This document shows, in pieces, positions 59,274-64,000 of a stretch of 64,000 bases of DNA. The translations under genes and the position numbers were made by a program. The first letter of the stretch is position 1. Each line of letters opens with the position of its first letter. The notes below the pieces were generated by a model. The model had not been told where the DNA came from, did no database searches, and worked only from the letters and a program-made list of their open reading frames with translations. Source of the DNA: Xanthobacteraceae bacterium (GTDB lineage: Bacteria > Pseudomonadota > Alphaproteobacteria > Rhizobiales > Xanthobacteraceae); NCBI GenBank assembly GCA_041397365.1, contig JAWKWT010000012.1, forward strand, positions 25,165-89,164. The letters run 5' to 3'.

Positions 59274-59315
59274 TCCCGAAAAGTGGGAACCGGTTTTCGG
59301 AACAGATCATGCTCA
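59266..59315 (+). repeat. dispersed palindromic intergenic repeat, copy 3
   Basis: agagcatgatcccgaaaagtgggaaccggttttcggaacagatcatgctc. Confidence 0.8.
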
Positions 59316-59418
59316 AACAGGAATGTAAGACGTGAGGTGCTTCAACCGGAACAGATCGCGCGCTATGGCTTGATCCTCTCCCGCGATATCCTCTCCCACA
59401 ACGCGCTGAACCTGCCTT

Positions 59419-60165
59419 ATGCCCAGCTTCCATCATGGTGACGTCGAGATCGCCTATCTCGACGAAGGCGAGGGCGATCCGATCGTCCTCGTGCATGGCT
59501 TTGCGTCCACCAAGGACGTGAACTGGGTCTATCCGACCTGGGTGTCGCTGCTGCGCCAGTCCGGCCGCCGCGTGATCGCGCTCGATAATCGCGGGCACGG
59601 GGAATCGACCAAGCTCTACAATCCGGAAGATTATCATATCGGCGCGATGGCGGGCGATGTCCGCGCGCTGCTGGATCATCTGTCGCTCGCCAGCGCCGAC
59701 ATCATGGGCTATTCGCTCGGCGGCCGCATCACCGCGTTTCTGGCCTGCCACCATGCGGGCCGCGTCCGCCGCGCGATTTTCGGCGGCATCGGTATCGGGC
59801 TGATCGCCGGCGGCGGCCCCGGCGAGAATGTCGCGGCGGCGCTGGAGGCAGACTCGTTGCAATCGGTGCCGGACCGGATGGGCCGGATGTTCCGCGCCTT
59901 CGCCGATCAGACCCGCTCGGACCGGCGCGCGCTCGCCGCGTGCCTGCGCGGCTCGCGGCGGCTGATGACGCGCGAGGAGGCGGCGTCGATTTCCGTGCCG
60001 GTGCTGATCGCGGTCGGCACGACGGACGATATCGCAGGGTCCGCGCACGAGCTTGCACAGATCATTCCCGGCTCGCAGGTGCTGGACATTCCGCGCCGCG
60101 ATCATATGCGCGCCGTCGGCGACAAGGTCTACAAAGAGGGCGTTCTGGCGTTCCTGTCGGCTTAG
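59419..60165 (+). CDS. alpha/beta-fold hydrolase
   Basis: PIVLVHGFASTKDVNW...DIMGYSLGGRI is the nucleophile elbow G-x-S-x-G. ...RRDHMRAV carries the catalytic His. Confidence 0.88.
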   Translation: MPSFHHGDVEIAYLDEGEGDPIVLVHGFASTKDVNWVYPTWVSLLRQSGRRVIALDNRGHGESTKLYNPEDYHIGAMAGDVRALLDHLSLASADIMGYSLGGRITAFLACHHAGRVRRAIFGGIGIGLIAGGGPGENVAAALEADSLQSVPDRMGRMFRAFADQTRSDRRALAACLRGSRRLMTREEAASISVPVLIAVGTTDDIAGSAHELAQIIPGSQVLDIPRRDHMRAVGDKVYKEGVLAFLSA

Positions 60166-60210
60166 ATCAGTTTCGGTTTTCGTTGAATCGCGAAACTGAT
60201 CTAAGTTTTT
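60161..60210 (+). terminator. rho-independent terminator (15-bp perfect stem)
   Basis: cttagatcagtttcg-N15-cgaaactgatctaag followed by ttttt. The stem starts at the stop codon. Confidence 0.7.
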
Positions 60211-60263
60211 GGTGTGTCGCGTTTTCTTCACGCGAACCGGTATCCACTTCGCTCGAAAACGCT

Positions 60264-61631
60264 CTAGCGCCTGCCCGGAGCATTCTCGAAACGCCGCAGG
60301 ACGATCAGCAGCAGCACGAAGCTCGCCGTCCAGACGATGCGCGAGCCGTAGCGGTCATGCGGGCCGGAGAGCCCGCCGCAGATGACGGCATTGCCGAGCA
60401 GCGCCAGCGTCACCGTGCCCGCGAGAATCGTCAGGTCGTCGCGGTGCCGCCGCCAGAGCGCGTGTGCGAGCCAGGCGGCGAGCAGCAGCATCGACAGCCA
60501 CGCGACCGGAACATGGATTGCGTTCCATCGCTCGACATGCAGTTCGCCACGATGCTGGCGCGACGCATGCATCAGGTCGGCCTGATAGGGCAGATAGCGT
60601 TCGATGATCCGGTGCGTATGCATCAGGTCGTTGTGGACGCCTTCGCCGGTCGCCACCATCGCGATCTGTCGCGCGGCTGAGGTTGCGACCGAGACGAGGT
60701 TCTGGAGCGGATAGTCGCGCAGCGAACCCAGCACGATGTGCTTCATTTCCTCGCCGAGCCCGTCGAACCGGCCGAGATCGTTGAACGCGCCGCCGCCCCA
60801 GAGGAATTTGTCGCCGGTGTCGGGCAGCGAATGGCGATAGGGGCACAGCTTCAGCTTCTCGGTGGCGCAGTGATCGTCGAGATAGCGCGTGACGATTCCG
60901 TCCTGAAGGATGCGGCCGAACAGGATGCCGTAGCCACCTGGCGTCCATGCGACCTTTCCCGACATCATGAAATTCGCGGCGAGCAGCATCAGCGCGCCGG
61001 CGATCACCGACACGCTGCCGCGCACCGCGCCGGCGAGGGAGATGCGCTCTCGCAACATCGGACGAACGATCCATGCGCAGAGCGACAGCCCGAACAGGAC
61101 GCCGAGCGTCGCATTGTGCGTGCCGGCCGAGAACGCGGTGAAGACGATCAGCGCGCAACGCTCCGTCCGCGAGAACGCCTCGCCATGCGCGACGATCAGA
61201 AAGAAGGAGAGCACCGCAAGCCCCGCGAAAATATCGGTGAGCAGCAGGCTGGTGAGAAACGGCAGCGCGGTCACGAGCGACAGCGCCAGGCAGACGACCA
61301 CGAGCTGCAATGGCCGCGCAAGGCCGAACACGCGCAGCGTGCAGAGCAGGATCCAGAGCGTGGCGAGCGCCTGTATCTTGACGTTCAGCCAGAAGCGGGT
61401 GGTCTCGCCGAGATGCAGATAATAGCCGAACACGGTCGAGCGGCTGGGAACGAGATAGCCTTCATACCAGCGCGCGATATAGCCGCCGGTGTCGTATTGC
61501 AGCAGCGGATATCCGTTCCAGAGTGCCGGCGCGATGAGGGCGAGCGGCAGCATCATCGCCGCGACCATTGCGGCGATCTGGCCCCATGAGCGCCTGCCGT
61601 CCGCAAGCGCGGTCGCCGCTGTCCCCCTCAT
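60264..61631 (-). CDS. hypothetical polytopic integral membrane protein
   Basis: 455-aa ORF with about 10 hydrophobic segments and a central soluble loop (DHCATEKLKLCPYRHSLPDTGDKFLWGG). No family recognised. Confidence 0.7.
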   Translation of the reverse strand: MRGTAATALADGRRSWGQIAAMVAAMMLPLALIAPALWNGYPLLQYDTGGYIARWYEGYLVPSRSTVFGYYLHLGETTRFWLNVKIQALATLWILLCTLRVFGLARPLQLVVVCLALSLVTALPFLTSLLLTDIFAGLAVLSFFLIVAHGEAFSRTERCALIVFTAFSAGTHNATLGVLFGLSLCAWIVRPMLRERISLAGAVRGSVSVIAGALMLLAANFMMSGKVAWTPGGYGILFGRILQDGIVTRYLDDHCATEKLKLCPYRHSLPDTGDKFLWGGGAFNDLGRFDGLGEEMKHIVLGSLRDYPLQNLVSVATSAARQIAMVATGEGVHNDLMHTHRIIERYLPYQADLMHASRQHRGELHVERWNAIHVPVAWLSMLLLAAWLAHALWRRHRDDLTILAGTVTLALLGNAVICGGLSGPHDRYGSRIVWTASFVLLLIVLRRFENAPGRR

Positions 61632-61827
61632 CCGTCAGGCATATTGCGTCTTGGGAACCGGCGTGGCAATCCCGAGACGCGGTGCGCTGTAAACCATTGA
61701 TTTCGCAGGTGAGTCTTGCTCTGCCGCGAACGATTTCACCGTGAACGCCGAATCCGCGAACGTTGTATCCTCGCGGAGCGGCATTATGTGCTAGGCTCTT
61801 TCTCCGACCACGCCGAAAGATACGCCC

Positions 61828-62652
61828 ATGCAGAAGACCCAGCTCGATCCGCAGTCCATGCTCAGCAAGCTCGATCCCGTATGGGCGCATGTGCGACGGG
61901 AGGCGGAGGAAATCGTGCGGCGCGAGCCGGAGCTTGCGACGCTGATCTATTCGTCGGTCCTCAATCAGGAACGGCTCGAGGACTCGGTCGTTCACCGCGT
62001 GGCGGAGCGGCTCGATCACGCGGAACTGTCGGGCGACATGATCCGCAAGGCATATCAGGACGCGCTGCGCGACGAGCCGGACATCGGCAATGCGTTCCGC
62101 GCCGATCTCGTCGCGGTCTATGATCGCGATCCGGCGACGTCGCGCTTCATCGATCCGCTTTTGTACTTCAAGGGCTTTCATGCGATCCAGGCGCATCGCC
62201 TCGCGCATTGGCTGTGGCGCAAGGGCCGCAAGGATTTCGCCTATTTCCTGCAAAGCCGTTCGTCGGTCGCCTTCCAGACCGACATCAATCCGGCGGCGCG
62301 CATCGGCCGCGGCATCTTCCTCGATCATGCGACGGGCTTCGTGATGGGTGAGACGGCCGTGATCGAAGACGACGTGTCGATCCTGCATGACGTGACGCTC
62401 GGCGGCACGGGCAAGGAGAACGAGGACCGTCACCCGAAGATCGGCCGCGGTGTCATGATCGGTGCGGGCGCAAAAATTCTCGGCAACATTCGCGTCGGCC
62501 ATTGCGCGCGCATTGCGGCGGGCTCGGTGGTGGTCAAGCCGGTGCCGAACAATGTGACGGTGGCCGGCGTTCCGGCGAAAGTGGTCGGCACCGCCGGCTG
62601 CGCGGAGCCGTCGCGGACCATGGACCAGATGATGCTGGACGCCAGCGAATAG
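61828..62652 (+). CDS. cysE: serine O-acetyltransferase
   Basis: DPLLYFKGFHAIQAHRLAHWLW...DINPAARIGRGIFLDHATGFVMGETAVIEDDVSILHDVTLGGTGK shows hexapeptide repeats. Confidence 0.93.
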   Translation: MQKTQLDPQSMLSKLDPVWAHVRREAEEIVRREPELATLIYSSVLNQERLEDSVVHRVAERLDHAELSGDMIRKAYQDALRDEPDIGNAFRADLVAVYDRDPATSRFIDPLLYFKGFHAIQAHRLAHWLWRKGRKDFAYFLQSRSSVAFQTDINPAARIGRGIFLDHATGFVMGETAVIEDDVSILHDVTLGGTGKENEDRHPKIGRGVMIGAGAKILGNIRVGHCARIAAGSVVVKPVPNNVTVAGVPAKVVGTAGCAEPSRTMDQMMLDASE

Positions 62653-62744
62653 CGGCGCGCGAATTGGCTCTGGCGCTTCACGGCAACAGGCAATAAAGGG
62701 TTGGCGGAAACAATTCCGCGCGCTGTCGCGCAGGGACCGGGAGA

Positions 62745-62969
62745 TTGATTGCCGTGGACGTGAAGGAAGTCAGGAAGCTCGACGCTTATCTCAAGAAGGT
62801 GTTCGGCAATCAGCGCGTGCGCGTGGTGCCGCGCCCGAAGAAGGACGACTCGGCCGAGGTCTATATCGGCGATGAGTTCATCGGCGTGCTGTTCGTCGAT
62901 GACGAGGACGACGATCGTTCCTATCAGTTCCAGATGGCCACTCTCGATACCGATCTGGACGAAGTCTGA
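62745..62969 (+). CDS. DUF3126 family protein
   Basis: VRKLDAYLKKVFGNQRVRVVPRPKKDDSAEVYIGDEFIGVLFVDDEDDDRSYQFQM. Confidence 0.8.
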   Translation: MIAVDVKEVRKLDAYLKKVFGNQRVRVVPRPKKDDSAEVYIGDEFIGVLFVDDEDDDRSYQFQMATLDTDLDEV

Positions 62970-62974
62970 GTTCC

Positions 62975-63023
62975 AAGCATGATCCCGAAAAGCGGGAATC
63001 GGTTTTCGGATCAGATCATGCTC
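62975..63023 (+). repeat. dispersed palindromic intergenic repeat, copy 4
   Basis: aagcatgatcccgaaaagcgggaatcggttttcggatcagatcatgctc. Confidence 0.8.
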
Positions 63024-63030
63024 AGGCAGG

Positions 63031-63744
63031 TTATTTCGCGCGGCTCTGCAATCGCGCGATGAGCGTATCCATCGCCTGCGCGACGCCGCGCCAATCCGAC
63101 AAATAGCTCCGCGCGAAGCGGAACGTCACGCTGGCGCCGTCGACACGGCGCTGGCTGAGACACGTTCCAGCCGTCATCGCGTCGCGCGTGCAGCGGGCGA
63201 CGAAGGCGGGCGCGTCCGCCGTGAACAGATCCTCGCCGCGATAGGGCGTGTCGTCGCGGAAAGCCTGGCCGGTGAGCCCGTCCTGCGTCACCGCCTGCGG
63301 ATCGACATAGCGCGGATAGATCGTGCGGGCGCGCTCCTGCGGCGTGACGACGTCCGCATCCGTCGAGATCGACAGAAAGATCCGGTTGGTGGCGTGGGTG
63401 TGTTCCGCGGTGTCGGAGGTGACATGCCCGTGCGGAGCGGGCGGCGTCAGCGACGGATAGTCGAAGGCGAGATCGATCCGCTCCTGTGGGCCGGCGCGGC
63501 GCTGCATCCGCATGCGGATCGCGTCGGACGGTACGTTGAACAGGGCGCTTCCGATCGAGATCGGCAGCCGCTCGGGATCGCTCGACCCGCCCGCATGCCA
63601 TGTCGGGCGCAGCAGATAGGCGATCAGCCCGATCGCGCCCGCGCCGACGACGCAGGCGATGAGGATCAGCAGCCAGTTCGAGCGGGGCCGCCGGGCGGCG
63701 TTCGGAAGCGAGGCCGAAGACGAAAACGAATTCATGGGGACCAT
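63031..63744 (-). CDS. hypothetical membrane-anchored protein
   Basis: 237-aa ORF with an N-terminal TM segment WLLILIACVVGAGAIGLIAYLL, then a soluble domain. No family recognised. Confidence 0.6.
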   Translation of the reverse strand: MVPMNSFSSSASLPNAARRPRSNWLLILIACVVGAGAIGLIAYLLRPTWHAGGSSDPERLPISIGSALFNVPSDAIRMRMQRRAGPQERIDLAFDYPSLTPPAPHGHVTSDTAEHTHATNRIFLSISTDADVVTPQERARTIYPRYVDPQAVTQDGLTGQAFRDDTPYRGEDLFTADAPAFVARCTRDAMTAGTCLSQRRVDGASVTFRFARSYLSDWRGVAQAMDTLIARLQSRAK

Positions 63745-64000
63745 CTGCGGGGGCGGCGAATCAGCGACGACTATGCCACGCGCGATTCGGTCGTCCCGCT
63801 AAAACGCGCGTGAGGGCCCGCGAAAATTTCCGGTTCCGTGCGGCTGCGAGGCACGCGGCGTTAACCTTTTCTTAAGGATATGCTGGCGCGGGCGCGGGCC
63901 GTCTGCGATGCGTAAAGGCGTGGAAAACGGGGCCGCGCAGACCGATGTCGCCAGAAGCGTTTCAGTCCTTTCTCGCCATCGGCATCGGCTTTGCGTTCGC

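Noticed and set aside
63944-64000. Possible start of a + strand gene at the window end (MSPEAFQSFLAIGIGFAF...)
   Set aside because: Only 19 codons are visible, which is too short to support a call.

Overview
A 64-kb, high-GC (about 65% by eye) alphaproteobacterial chromosomal window. Gene content and intergenic repeat families look Bradyrhizobium/Rhodopseudomonas/Afipia-like, which is an inference. Most of it is ordinary core or accessory metabolism. In order: livGMH; a cox-type molybdenum-hydroxylase accessory cluster (coxG-S-M, MoxR, VWA, XdhC, MoeA/MocA) with no large subunit; DUF488/DUF72; SDRs; a GMC oxidoreductase pair; a Baeyer-Villiger monooxygenase; two TctC/Bug binding proteins; groESL with a sigma-32 promoter and CIRCE; marR-emrAB; an Anbu/ATP-grasp/alpha-E/transglutaminase operon; gpt; an arylsulfatase; a hybrid histidine kinase; ggt; cysE. 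Three things stand out. (1) A ~1.8-kb low-GC islet (about 26270..28060) lies between five host 86-bp tandem repeats and the groEL terminator. It carries one stand-alone reverse transcriptase (428 aa, YSDD box), preceded by a ~420-nt ORF-free, hairpin-rich leader whose antisense strand has an 85-codon stop-free frame. This is the architecture of ncRNA-guided defence RTs (DRT2/DRT9-like), and it is my best candidate for a novel system. (2) A tRNA-Leu(UAA) gene is split by a 203-nt group I (IC3-like) intron at the U34/A35 position. (3) At least nine genes carry single-nucleotide frame breaks, including six within 200 bp of one gene and a compensated pair in another. These are either assembly indel errors or real decay. 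All calls come from reading the sequence and the ORF translations; no database search was run.
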